DNA from: Saprospiraceae bacterium
GTDB lineage: Bacteria > Bacteroidota > Bacteroidia > Chitinophagales > Saprospiraceae
Assembly (NCBI GenBank): GCA_019634275.1
Contig: JAHQVP010000002.1
Location: 1 to 57,707, forward strand
Reading direction: 5' to 3'
Length of the DNA stretch: 57,707 nucleotides
Below the pieces are notes generated by a model. The model saw only the letters and a program-made list of their open reading frames with translations. It made no database searches and was not told the DNA's origin. Both the position numbers and the translations under genes were made by a program. This document shows, piece by piece, positions 46,801-55,200 of the stretch (its first letter is position 1; the number at the start of each line of letters is the position of its first letter).

Positions 46801-48357
46801 ATGGACACAATTAAGATCCTCTGGGCAGATGACGAAATCGATCTGCTCAGACCACAACTTCTCTTCCTGGAAAAAAAAGGATACGAAGTAGTGACGGTCA
46901 CCAATGGCTACGATGCCGTAGAAGAATTTGAGGGCCGTAACGACATCGATGTGGTTTTTCTGGATGAGTCGATGCCGGGCATCACGGGACTGGAGACGCT
47001 GGCAAAAGTCAAGGAGATCAATGATAACATCCCCGTGGTAATGATCACCAAGAACGAAGCAGAGACCGTAATGGAAGAGGCCATTGGGTCGCAAATCCAT
47101 GACTACCTGATTAAGCCTGTCAATCCACATCAGATCTTGCTGACCCTCAAGAAGGTGATTGACAATAAGCGATTGGTCCAGGAGAAGACCGCTTCTGACT
47201 ACCAGCAAGATTTCCGCAATATCTTTATGGAGATCAATTCGGGTTTAGACTACGAGGACTGGGTGTCGATCTACAAGAAAATCATCAATTGGGAATTGAA
47301 GTTGGACTCCTCTGAAACGGACTCCATGATGGAAATTTTAGCGACTCAGAAGACGGAAGCCAATGCTGAATTTTCTAAGCTGGTCATTAAGCGATATCTG
47401 GATTGGTTGGGGGAGGAAAATGAAGGTCCGATCTTTTCGCATCAGGTCATTCCTAAATATGTGCTTCCACAACTAAGCAAGAAGAAGCCGGTCATCATGT
47501 TGTTGTTAGACAATCTGCGGTATGACCAATGGAAGATACTCGAACGCATACTTCAGGGAGCCTTTAGGATTGAAGATGAGCAGACCTTTTGCAGCATCCT
47601 GCCGACCGCTACGCAGTACAGTCGCAATGCGATCTTTTCTGGGCTGCTGCCATCGGACATCGAAAAATACTACCCCAACTACTGGAAGAACGATAATGAC
47701 GAAGGAGGGAAGAATCTTTTTGAGAAAGAATTGTTGCTGGCTCAAATAGATCGGCTGGTCAAAGATCCGATCAAGGTGGACTATGTCAAGGTGACCAATT
47801 TCGCCAAAGGGACGCAACTCGAAGATCAGATGCTAAACTATCTTAACAATGATCTGACGGTCATCGTCTATAATTTCATTGATATGCTTTCGCATGCGCG
47901 AACGGAGATGGAAGTACTTAAAGAGTTGGCCAAAGATGAGAAGGCGTATCGATCACTCACCAATTCCTGGTTCTTAAATTCGCCCTTGTGGAGTGGATTG
48001 CAACGGATTGCTGACAAAGATGTCACCTTAGTCGTGACCACCGACCATGGCACCATCCGTGTTAAGCAACCTTCCAAAGTTGTAGGAGACCGAGAGACCA
48101 CCACAAACCTTCGATATAAGATGGGCAAGAACCTCCGCTATGAGCGCCAAGACGTATTGGAGATACGAGACCCCTCCAAGGCAGGATTGCCTGCTCCTAA
48201 CATGAGCTCCTCCTATATTTTTGCAAAGGAGGACATCTATTTTTTATACCCCAATAATTACAGCCACTACAATAATTATTTCCGCAACACATTTCAGCAT
48301 GGGGGGATATCGCTGGAGGAGATGATTTGTCCGGTAGCGGTCCTGAGCAACAAGTAG
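46801..48357 (+). CDS. porX: T9SS response regulator PorX (CheY-like receiver + PglZ/alkaline-phosphatase-superfamily domain)
   Basis: KILWADDEIDLL...DVVFLDESMPGITGLE...DYLIKPV receiver domain, then LLLDNLRYDQW, LPTATQYSRNAIFSGL, YNFIDMLSHA, TTDHGT and HGGISLEEM (PglZ). The 518-aa length matches PorX as I remember it. Confidence 0.88.
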   Translation: MDTIKILWADDEIDLLRPQLLFLEKKGYEVVTVTNGYDAVEEFEGRNDIDVVFLDESMPGITGLETLAKVKEINDNIPVVMITKNEAETVMEEAIGSQIHDYLIKPVNPHQILLTLKKVIDNKRLVQEKTASDYQQDFRNIFMEINSGLDYEDWVSIYKKIINWELKLDSSETDSMMEILATQKTEANAEFSKLVIKRYLDWLGEENEGPIFSHQVIPKYVLPQLSKKKPVIMLLLDNLRYDQWKILERILQGAFRIEDEQTFCSILPTATQYSRNAIFSGLLPSDIEKYYPNYWKNDNDEGGKNLFEKELLLAQIDRLVKDPIKVDYVKVTNFAKGTQLEDQMLNYLNNDLTVIVYNFIDMLSHARTEMEVLKELAKDEKAYRSLTNSWFLNSPLWSGLQRIADKDVTLVVTTDHGTIRVKQPSKVVGDRETTTNLRYKMGKNLRYERQDVLEIRDPSKAGLPAPNMSSSYIFAKEDIYFLYPNNYSHYNNYFRNTFQHGGISLEEMICPVAVLSNK

Positions 48358-48399
48358 ACCTGCTGATTTGCTACCTTACCCTGCATAATTGGAGAACTG

Positions 48400-49809
48400 A
48401 TGCGGATAAAATTTTGTGGAGCAAATCAATTTGTAACCGGAAGTTGCCACCTCCTCACCTTGGACAATGGCCTAAGGATATTAATGGATTGTGGGCTATA
48501 TCAAGGAAGGGACAAGTCGCTAAAGGAGTTCAATCGGCAATGGCACTTTGATCCCGCTTCCATAGATATTGTTATCCTATCGCACGCGCATATTGATCAT
48601 TCTGGGCGTTTGCCGAGATTGGTGCGGGATGGATTCCGCGGCCAAATCTATAGCACTCATGCGACGCGCAGTCTCTGCTCCATCATGCTGTTGGATAGTG
48701 CCAAAATTCAAGAACGAGATGCCGAATACAAGAATAAGAGGATCCTCAAGCAGAACAAGAAGAATAGAAAAAAACTGGTAAGGCCTCTGTACACCACGCG
48801 TGATGTGGCGAAGACCATGAGCTTATTTTGTGGCATTCCTTATGATCAGTGGATGAGCATTCGCAAAGAAGTGTCCCTACAATTTCGTGATGCCGGACAT
48901 ATCCTCGGCAGTGCCAGCGTCACCTTAAAGATTGAAGAACAGGGTCAAGAAAAGCTCTTCGGGTTTACCGGAGATATCGGGCGTCCGGACCGACCAATTT
49001 TACGCGATCCTCAGCGCATGCCCAAAGTAGATTATCTGATCTGTGAATCCACCTATGGAGATCGAGATCATGAAGGGAATCCCGAATCAGTAGATAAATT
49101 ATTGGAAGTCATAAAGTACACATGCTTTCAAAAGAAGGGAAAGCTGATCATACCGGCCTTCAGTGTCGGTCGAACGCAAGAGCTCGTGTATCTCCTAGAT
49201 CAGCTGGAGACTGCGGGTAGATTACCGAAGGTCCCCGTATATGTCGACAGTCCTTTGGCAGTGAATGCCACTCAAATATTTGGAGCTCACCCGGAGTGCT
49301 ATGACAATGATCTTAATGAGTATCTTTTAATGGATCCTAATCCCTTTGGATTCAATGATCTGATGTATGTGCGCAACGTGGAGGTTTCGAAGGGTTTGAA
49401 TACCAGTAAGGAGCCCTGTATCATCATCAGTTCTTCCGGCATGATGAATGCCGGCCGGGTAAAACATCACCTTTACAACAACATAGATAATCCGGATAGC
49501 ACTTTCCTGATTGTCGGATATTGCTCCCCCTCAACCCCTGGGGGCATGCTCCTGAATGGCATAGAAGAGATCAAATTGTTTGGAGAACGAAAACCCGTTC
49601 TTGCTGATGTAATCCGGATTGATTCACTCTCTGCCCATGGCGATCGGCATGAGATGTATGACTTCATTAAAAACCAAAAAAGACTAAAAAACCTCTTCTT
49701 GGTTCACGGCGAGCGCGATACGCAAATGGCGTTCAAGAAATTCCTGGGCAAAAGAGGAATTAATGGTGTGATGGTGCCATCACTGGGTCAAACACAAGTC
49801 CTTGCCTGA
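48400..49809 (+). CDS. MBL-fold beta-CASP ribonuclease-like protein
   Basis: SHAHIDHSGRLP (HxHxDH), ESTYGDR, a beta-CASP region, and a late LSAHGD histidine motif. 469 aa. Confidence 0.85.
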   Translation: MRIKFCGANQFVTGSCHLLTLDNGLRILMDCGLYQGRDKSLKEFNRQWHFDPASIDIVILSHAHIDHSGRLPRLVRDGFRGQIYSTHATRSLCSIMLLDSAKIQERDAEYKNKRILKQNKKNRKKLVRPLYTTRDVAKTMSLFCGIPYDQWMSIRKEVSLQFRDAGHILGSASVTLKIEEQGQEKLFGFTGDIGRPDRPILRDPQRMPKVDYLICESTYGDRDHEGNPESVDKLLEVIKYTCFQKKGKLIIPAFSVGRTQELVYLLDQLETAGRLPKVPVYVDSPLAVNATQIFGAHPECYDNDLNEYLLMDPNPFGFNDLMYVRNVEVSKGLNTSKEPCIIISSSGMMNAGRVKHHLYNNIDNPDSTFLIVGYCSPSTPGGMLLNGIEEIKLFGERKPVLADVIRIDSLSAHGDRHEMYDFIKNQKRLKNLFLVHGERDTQMAFKKFLGKRGINGVMVPSLGQTQVLA

Positions 49810-51301
49810 TTGGAAGAAGTTTCTTGTCTTGATTTGGTTGGTCATCCTGATCGGGTGCCTCAAGTCTGATGATTTTTCGGACATCGAGTTCCGTACCTCA
49901 AATCCAATATTGGCGTTTTCGCTTTTGGAAACTTCTGTTTCTTCTGATGACCTGGTTGCCTTGGTCGACTCTATGGCGGTGGTTGAGAATGACATCTATG
50001 AGCTCACCTTTGAGGCGGATCCCTATAGTCAACAGCCAGGAGACCTTCTGGGACCGATACAGCTGGGCCTGCCTTTTCCGATTTTGGATACCAGTATTGC
50101 AGTACCCATCCCCACTATTGATGGCCTCTTGGTCCGACAAGCCGACCTGAAAGGAGAGTCGCTGATCTTTACGCTTAACGCTGCTTCTTCTGATACGCTC
50201 TGGGTAGAATTCTTCTTGCCGGCGTTGGAGCTGGATGGCGTTCCCTTTCGTGAAATGTTTGTGATACCCCCATCGCTTTCTGTTCCAAGTTTTGTGTCAG
50301 CCCCGATTTCGATTGCAGGATATACATTGGATTTGAGTGAAGGACTTTTTCCAATCTCTTATTATGCACAAGACGAAGAGCAGCAACGTCGCGAGCTCGG
50401 TCTCAGTTTTATACAATTGACCGGATTGGACTTTTCCTATGTGCAAGGCAATATAGCACAGCAGACCATCCCAACGGGATTGCAGTCCATCCAACTGGAT
50501 CTGCCCGATTCATTGATTCAGGGCGACCTGACATTTATTCGGCCAGAGCTCAAGTTTAACATCCGGAATAGTTTTGGAATTCCAGTCGGTATACGTGTGC
50601 TCGAATTATACGCGCAGTCGGTTGACGGCACGCAACAGCCCTTGACAAGTGCTCTTTTTGATGAAGTAGTTGAAGTGCCTTATCCGCGTCTGTCTGAACG
50701 GGGAGATACCGCATCCCAGGAGATCATACTCAATGCTGCGAATTCCAATATTGCGGAGGTGCTTGATCCTGAAGTAAGAACACTCTTTTACAATGTAGAG
50801 ATCGTGATTAATCCAGCATCGATGACTACAGATGACTTCTTTGTCTCAGAGGCCAGCATTGCCATACTTGAGGCTGAGGTAGTTCTGCCCTTGCAGGTTG
50901 ATGTCGTTTCGCTCTCGATCGACTATCGATTGCCCTTGGACATAGAACCCATCGAGGGGGTAGAGGAGCTGCGTCTAAAGCTCTATGCAGAGAATGGAAT
51001 ACCCTTGGATTTTGAGCCCAAGTTGCAGTTTGCAAATTTGGGTAGTGAGGTGGTATTGCAGGAAGAGACAGCAGGCCTCGTTGCGGCAGCGCAAACGGAT
51101 GGGCAGGGTGTAGTAGTAGGCAGTACCACCAGCGAATTGTTTTTTGAGGTATCTGCAAGTGCACTTGACCTGATCAATACTGCAGACAGTGTAGGCTTAC
51201 TGATGAATATTGGTTCCAATCAAATGGGGAATGACGGAGTTCAGATTTCTCCGGGACAAGTGCTTTTTCTTGGACTAGGAGTAGAAGCTAAGCTCCAATG
51301 A
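49802..51301 (+). CDS. Acidic lipoprotein of unknown function
   Basis: TTG start overlapping the upstream stop. Signal plus lipobox FLVLIWLVILIGC. 499 aa, rich in Asp/Glu/Leu/Ser. No family recognised. Confidence 0.6.
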   Translation: MPDWKKFLVLIWLVILIGCLKSDDFSDIEFRTSNPILAFSLLETSVSSDDLVALVDSMAVVENDIYELTFEADPYSQQPGDLLGPIQLGLPFPILDTSIAVPIPTIDGLLVRQADLKGESLIFTLNAASSDTLWVEFFLPALELDGVPFREMFVIPPSLSVPSFVSAPISIAGYTLDLSEGLFPISYYAQDEEQQRRELGLSFIQLTGLDFSYVQGNIAQQTIPTGLQSIQLDLPDSLIQGDLTFIRPELKFNIRNSFGIPVGIRVLELYAQSVDGTQQPLTSALFDEVVEVPYPRLSERGDTASQEIILNAANSNIAEVLDPEVRTLFYNVEIVINPASMTTDDFFVSEASIAILEAEVVLPLQVDVVSLSIDYRLPLDIEPIEGVEELRLKLYAENGIPLDFEPKLQFANLGSEVVLQEETAGLVAAAQTDGQGVVVGSTTSELFFEVSASALDLINTADSVGLLMNIGSNQMGNDGVQISPGQVLFLGLGVEAKLQ

Positions 51302-52623
51302 CGAAGGGGAGGGACATAATCCGCATCATGGCCAGGATCATGGGCCTGTTCTTCTGGTGGAGCCCAGGGACCGTGGTTGGCCAGTCGTCCTTCCCGCTTG
51401 ACGCGATGCAGGACCACCCTGCTGCAGACCTCACCAATCCGGCATGGCCAAATCTTACAGAAGGTTTTCATCTGGATCTGGGGCATCTTGATTTTTACTC
51501 CATGCATTCCGCAGGAAGTTTTAATGACCTGGTTCGAACCGAGAGTGAAGGGTTACGTTTGGATTTGAGCGCCTTCAGACCCCAGTTGAAAGATGAAAAT
51601 CAATTGTTCAGTCAACTGAGCATCCGAACCATTTCCGTTCGAAAGCAATGGCAGACTTTTTCCATTGCTTTTCAACATGAGTTGAATCTTGGTATTGAAG
51701 TGCAATACCCTCGATCTCTAATTGATTTTTTAGTGGAAGGAAATGCGTCGAAAGTAGGTCAGTCGATCGACTTGGCTTTTGATGGTCGATTCATGTCCTA
51801 TAACTCCTACGCCATTTCATTGAGTCAGAGCATGGGTGGTTTACGTTTGGGAGTGCGACCGAGGCTACTTCTTGGAAATCAATTGCTTGATGTACAATCG
51901 GATCGGCTGACCCTCTTCACAGATCCGGCCTACTACCAGTCAACATTGACAACTGATTTGATGGTGCATTCTGTGTCGACAATAGACTTTGGAGAAGCGA
52001 ATTTGCTGGAATATGATTTCCTAGGATTGGATGCTTGGAGTCTGACCAGCCAACATGTCGGATTCGGATTGGACGTAGGCGCATCTTATGAACATGGTTC
52101 GTTTCGAGTGGGACTTAGCATTAGAGATTTAGGTTTTATCCGTTGGAATGAAGCGGCAATCCACTCCACGCGGGGCAACTTGCGGTACGATGGCATTCGC
52201 ATAGAGGACATTCTTGACATTGAGTCTATAGCGGTGTCGGGAGAGATTGATTCCTTGAAGGCCCTGTTTGATCTGCAGGAGAACCAAGCTACCATTACAC
52301 ACAATTTGCGTCATCGCGGTCGATTGTCGCTTTCTCATAGTGACAGAGAAGGAAAATGGGTGCTGATGGGGCATGTGCAACGGACCGATCGGTTGGGTGG
52401 AAGGTGGTCCGCCGGAATGGCGTACTGGCATCAAGTGATCGAGGTCTTGAGAGTGGGAGGGTCGTTAGGTTGGCAGACTGGTGGATGGGACGCAGGCTTA
52501 TTTGCAAGTCTTAAGTTGCAAAGGTTCTCTCCTTATATCAGCTTTTCGAATGCTAGATTGGGATTTGATCCTTTGGGGTCAAACCGCATTCGGCTGGCCG
52601 TTGGGCTGAGCGGTTCGTTTTAG
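51298..52623 (+). CDS. Exported protein of unknown function, outer-membrane beta-barrel-like
   Basis: ATGA overlap with the upstream gene. N-terminal hydrophobic signal (IMGLFFWWSPGTVVGQ). Beta-strand-like periodicity and a C-terminal ...RLAVGLSGSF ending in Phe, typical of an OMP beta-signal. Confidence 0.6.
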   Translation: MTKGRDIIRIMARIMGLFFWWSPGTVVGQSSFPLDAMQDHPAADLTNPAWPNLTEGFHLDLGHLDFYSMHSAGSFNDLVRTESEGLRLDLSAFRPQLKDENQLFSQLSIRTISVRKQWQTFSIAFQHELNLGIEVQYPRSLIDFLVEGNASKVGQSIDLAFDGRFMSYNSYAISLSQSMGGLRLGVRPRLLLGNQLLDVQSDRLTLFTDPAYYQSTLTTDLMVHSVSTIDFGEANLLEYDFLGLDAWSLTSQHVGFGLDVGASYEHGSFRVGLSIRDLGFIRWNEAAIHSTRGNLRYDGIRIEDILDIESIAVSGEIDSLKALFDLQENQATITHNLRHRGRLSLSHSDREGKWVLMGHVQRTDRLGGRWSAGMAYWHQVIEVLRVGGSLGWQTGGWDAGLFASLKLQRFSPYISFSNARLGFDPLGSNRIRLAVGLSGSF

Positions 52624-53360
52624 GATATCAGTCCTGTCTTATGTAAGATGGTAAGTTGTGCGCGATACGCTTTGGCTATGTTTTCTTCGGTAAAGACCTC
52701 TTTGGTGGGCCCCACCGCTATGAGTCGTTGATTGAGGAGCAATACCTGATCGAAGTAGGAATGCACTGAAGAAAGGTCGTGATGAATGACCAGAATGGTT
52801 TTACCTTCCTCGGCCAATGCCTTGAGGATGCTAATGATCCGCTCTTCTGTGGTCACATCCACTCCGACAAATGGTTCATCAAGAAGAAATATGTCAGCTT
52901 CCTGGCAAAGCGCGCGCGCTAAAAATACACGCTGTTGTTGCCCTCCCGATAGTTCTCCAATTTGGCGCTGTTTAAGATCTCTGATGCCAAGCTGCTCAAG
53001 TGCATTGACGGCAATGCGTCTGTCGTGCGAATCCAGGCTTTGCAAAAGCCGTTTATGTGGGTAGCGTCCTTGCAGGACAATGTCAAAAACGGTGGCCGGA
53101 AAGTGCCAGTCCACGTCGTCCTTTTGAGGAACGTAAGCGATGGTTTTTCGAGCGTGTGACAGTGGCTTGTCGTTGATTAAAATTAGACCAGTATCCGGTT
53201 CAAGGAGCTCCAAGATCGCCTTGAATAAGGTCGACTTTCCTGCTCCATTGGGCCCTATGACCCCATAGATATGACCATCATTGATCTCTAGAAAAATATT
53301 GGTCAATACTCGCTTCTTGTCGTAAGATACCGAGAGGTCCTTGATGGAAATAACAGACAT
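52620..53360 (-). CDS. Metal ABC transporter ATP-binding protein (ZnuC/TroB/MntA-like)
   Basis: Walker A GPNGAGKST, signature LSGGQQQRV, Walker B IFLLDEPF. 246 aa. Confidence 0.93.
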   Translation of the reverse strand: MSVISIKDLSVSYDKKRVLTNIFLEINDGHIYGVIGPNGAGKSTLFKAILELLEPDTGLILINDKPLSHARKTIAYVPQKDDVDWHFPATVFDIVLQGRYPHKRLLQSLDSHDRRIAVNALEQLGIRDLKQRQIGELSGGQQQRVFLARALCQEADIFLLDEPFVGVDVTTEERIISILKALAEEGKTILVIHHDLSSVHSYFDQVLLLNQRLIAVGPTKEVFTEENIAKAYRAQLTILHKTGLIS

Positions 53361-54355
53361 CAGCGGGCAAATTTTAGATAACCAATGACCGCAATCAGCA
53401 GCAGACAGATCCCAATGAGAAGGTACCAGGCTTTGCCTTGGATGCCCGAAGATAGTTCCGATGTATGATTTGTACTCATCTCTCTGGAGAGCGCTTTTAC
53501 AATGACATCGGTATTGTATCTAAGCATGGCGAGGTAGGTGGGTGCTGAACTCTCTTCGTCCCCTAGCGAATCTGCAAATAGACTGCCTCCGATTTCGATG
53601 TCATTGTCTTTGGCCAGTTGCTCGAGCAGCTTGGGATTGATGGTCGATTCGATAAACACAGCAGGGACTTTGGATTTACGGATGATTCCGGTCAGTCGAG
53701 TGATGTCTGATGTCTGTACGTCAGCATCAGTGGAGGTACCCATCACGGATTCGAGCGCTAGACCATAACGACGTCCGTAGTATTGAAAGGCATCATGTGA
53801 GGTGATCAGGATTCTGCGTTCTGCCGGGATTGTCTTGATGGCACTTAGGATGTACTGATCCAATTCCTCAAACTCCTGACGATATCGTTGGTGATTCTGG
53901 CGGTAGAAATCCTCCTGTGCTGGATCCAATTGAATCAAGGCCGCGAGAATGTTGTCAATGTAGGTAGCGCCATGGGTTAAATCCATCCAGGCGTGAGGGT
54001 CATAAGCATTGGCATATTGATCACTACCGATGGGTACAATGCCTTCTGTGACAGTGGTGACTGCGGCCTTGGTGCCCGAGTTCCCGATGAGCTCGTCCAG
54101 CCATCCTTCAAAGGTCAGGCCATTGCGAAAAATAATATCCGACTTGGCGATCATCGCAGCATCGCCCGGTGTTGGTTCGTAGATGTGAGGATCTCCACCG
54201 ATGGGTACGATGCAATTGAGCTTAATCTTGTCCCCACCGATGTGTTTTACCATATCGGCAATCATGGAAGCAGTGGCTACCACCTTTGGCTTTTCTTGAG
54301 CAGTCAAGGAAGAACAGGTCAAAGCCAAGAGAGCGATTCTAAGCAGGGCGGACAT
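53360..54355 (-). CDS. Cluster A-I metal-binding protein (TroA/ZnuA-like) with an additional C-terminal transmembrane helix
   Basis: Signal peptide. Ligand-region motifs GGDPHIYEP, AYDPHAWMD, ITSHDAFQYY and LFADSLG (a His-His-His-Asp pattern). No His-rich loop. The C-terminus AWYLLIGICLLLIAVIGYLKFAR is a hydrophobic anchor. Confidence 0.88.
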   Translation of the reverse strand: MSALLRIALLALTCSSLTAQEKPKVVATASMIADMVKHIGGDKIKLNCIVPIGGDPHIYEPTPGDAAMIAKSDIIFRNGLTFEGWLDELIGNSGTKAAVTTVTEGIVPIGSDQYANAYDPHAWMDLTHGATYIDNILAALIQLDPAQEDFYRQNHQRYRQEFEELDQYILSAIKTIPAERRILITSHDAFQYYGRRYGLALESVMGTSTDADVQTSDITRLTGIIRKSKVPAVFIESTINPKLLEQLAKDNDIEIGGSLFADSLGDEESSAPTYLAMLRYNTDVIVKALSREMSTNHTSELSSGIQGKAWYLLIGICLLLIAVIGYLKFAR

Positions 54356-55007
54356 ATAATTGAGAGCTTATGCGATTGGAAATAATGACGGAGGTATGCT
54401 CCTCGATCAAGACTTTGAGGGAGTCGTCAAATTCAAATTTTTGAACGATGTCCAGCCGGGTGCCCAGTTGGATGTTCAGATCTTTAAGGAGGTGCAAGAA
54501 TTCGGGGTCGTGATTGCTCACCCCTACAACGGTTAGGTGCTGCTGTATGGGCATTTCGCTTAGGAGATGTTGCACGCGCAAAGTATACCTTCCTTGCCGG
54601 TCAGGGATGGGATCCCCGTGAGGATCAAATTTGGGGTATCCGAGGAATTGATCCAATCGGTCGATCAACAGATCAGAGTCAATGTGCTCCAGCTCTTCCG
54701 CCAGATCGTGGACTTCTTCCCAACCGAAGGATAAGGTCGCGACCAAAAAAGACTCCCAGAGACGGTGCCGGCGAATGAGTTTGGTGGCGATGCGATTGCC
54801 TTCGTCCAAGAGCGTAGCCCCATAATACTTTTGGTAGGCTATGAGTCCTTTTGCCGATAATTTTCTCAGCATGTCTGAAACAGAGGCTGCCGCTGTCGAC
54901 AATTCACGAGCAATGGCATTGGTGTTCACCGGTGCTCCGCCCTTTTCGGCCTGTTTGTAAATCGCCTTCAAGTAGTTCTCCTCGGCTGTCGACAGCTTTG
55001 TTGGCAT
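54339..55007 (-). CDS. DtxR/MntR-family metal-dependent transcriptional regulator with an FeoA/SH3-like C-terminal domain
   Basis: STAEENYLKAIY, wHTH domain, LIRRHRLWESFLV, AEELEH, and LGYPKFDPHGDPIP. 222 aa. The stop overlaps the binding-protein start by 17 nt. Confidence 0.9.
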   Translation of the reverse strand: MPTKLSTAEENYLKAIYKQAEKGGAPVNTNAIARELSTAAASVSDMLRKLSAKGLIAYQKYYGATLLDEGNRIATKLIRRHRLWESFLVATLSFGWEEVHDLAEELEHIDSDLLIDRLDQFLGYPKFDPHGDPIPDRQGRYTLRVQHLLSEMPIQQHLTVVGVSNHDPEFLHLLKDLNIQLGTRLDIVQKFEFDDSLKVLIEEHTSVIISNRISSQLYVRPA

Positions 55008-55011
55008 AGCA

Positions 55012-55019
55012 CAAAGATA
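55012..55019 (-). promoter_or_regulatory. Candidate -7 promoter element (TATCTTTG on the minus strand) for the regulator/SBP/ATPase operon
   Basis: It lies 4 nt upstream of the regulator ATG, implying a very short leader or a leaderless mRNA. It is directly adjacent to operator site 2. Confidence 0.3.
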
Positions 55020-55020
55020 T

Positions 55021-55042
55021 ATTTTTAGACAAGACTAAAAAT
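55021..55042. promoter_or_regulatory. Putative DtxR/MntR-type operator, site 2
   Basis: ATTTTTAGACAAGACTAAAAAT, with arms TTTAG-N6-CTAAA. The core lies 17 nt upstream of the regulator ATG at 55007. It is 18/22 identical to site 1 at 14802..14823. Confidence 0.45.
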
Positions 55043-55148
55043 AATTTTTCTGACCGATTGGTGCTGCACGGATGCCCTTGCCGTGGCGCTATATTTCTTG
55101 ACCTGCTCGATTGGAGAGATTTCAAATTAAATGTAGCTTTGCGGCCGA

Positions 55149-55170
55149 ATTTTTAGACAGGTCATTCAAC
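55149..55170. promoter_or_regulatory. Possible operator half-site upstream of hppA
   Basis: ATTTTTAGACAGGTCATTCAAC. The first 11 nt are identical to the left half of site 2, and the right half is degenerate. It ends 31 nt upstream of the hppA ATG. Confidence 0.2.
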
Positions 55171-55200
55171 CCTTATTTTTCGATTACCACTTAGCATAAC

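Noticed and set aside
46801-48357. A PglZ-domain protein as a possible BREX-type phage defence component.
   Set aside because: The N-terminal CheY receiver, the roughly 518-aa size and close motif-level resemblance to PorX identify it as the T9SS regulator. No BREX partners (methyltransferase, BrxA/B/C/L) are nearby.
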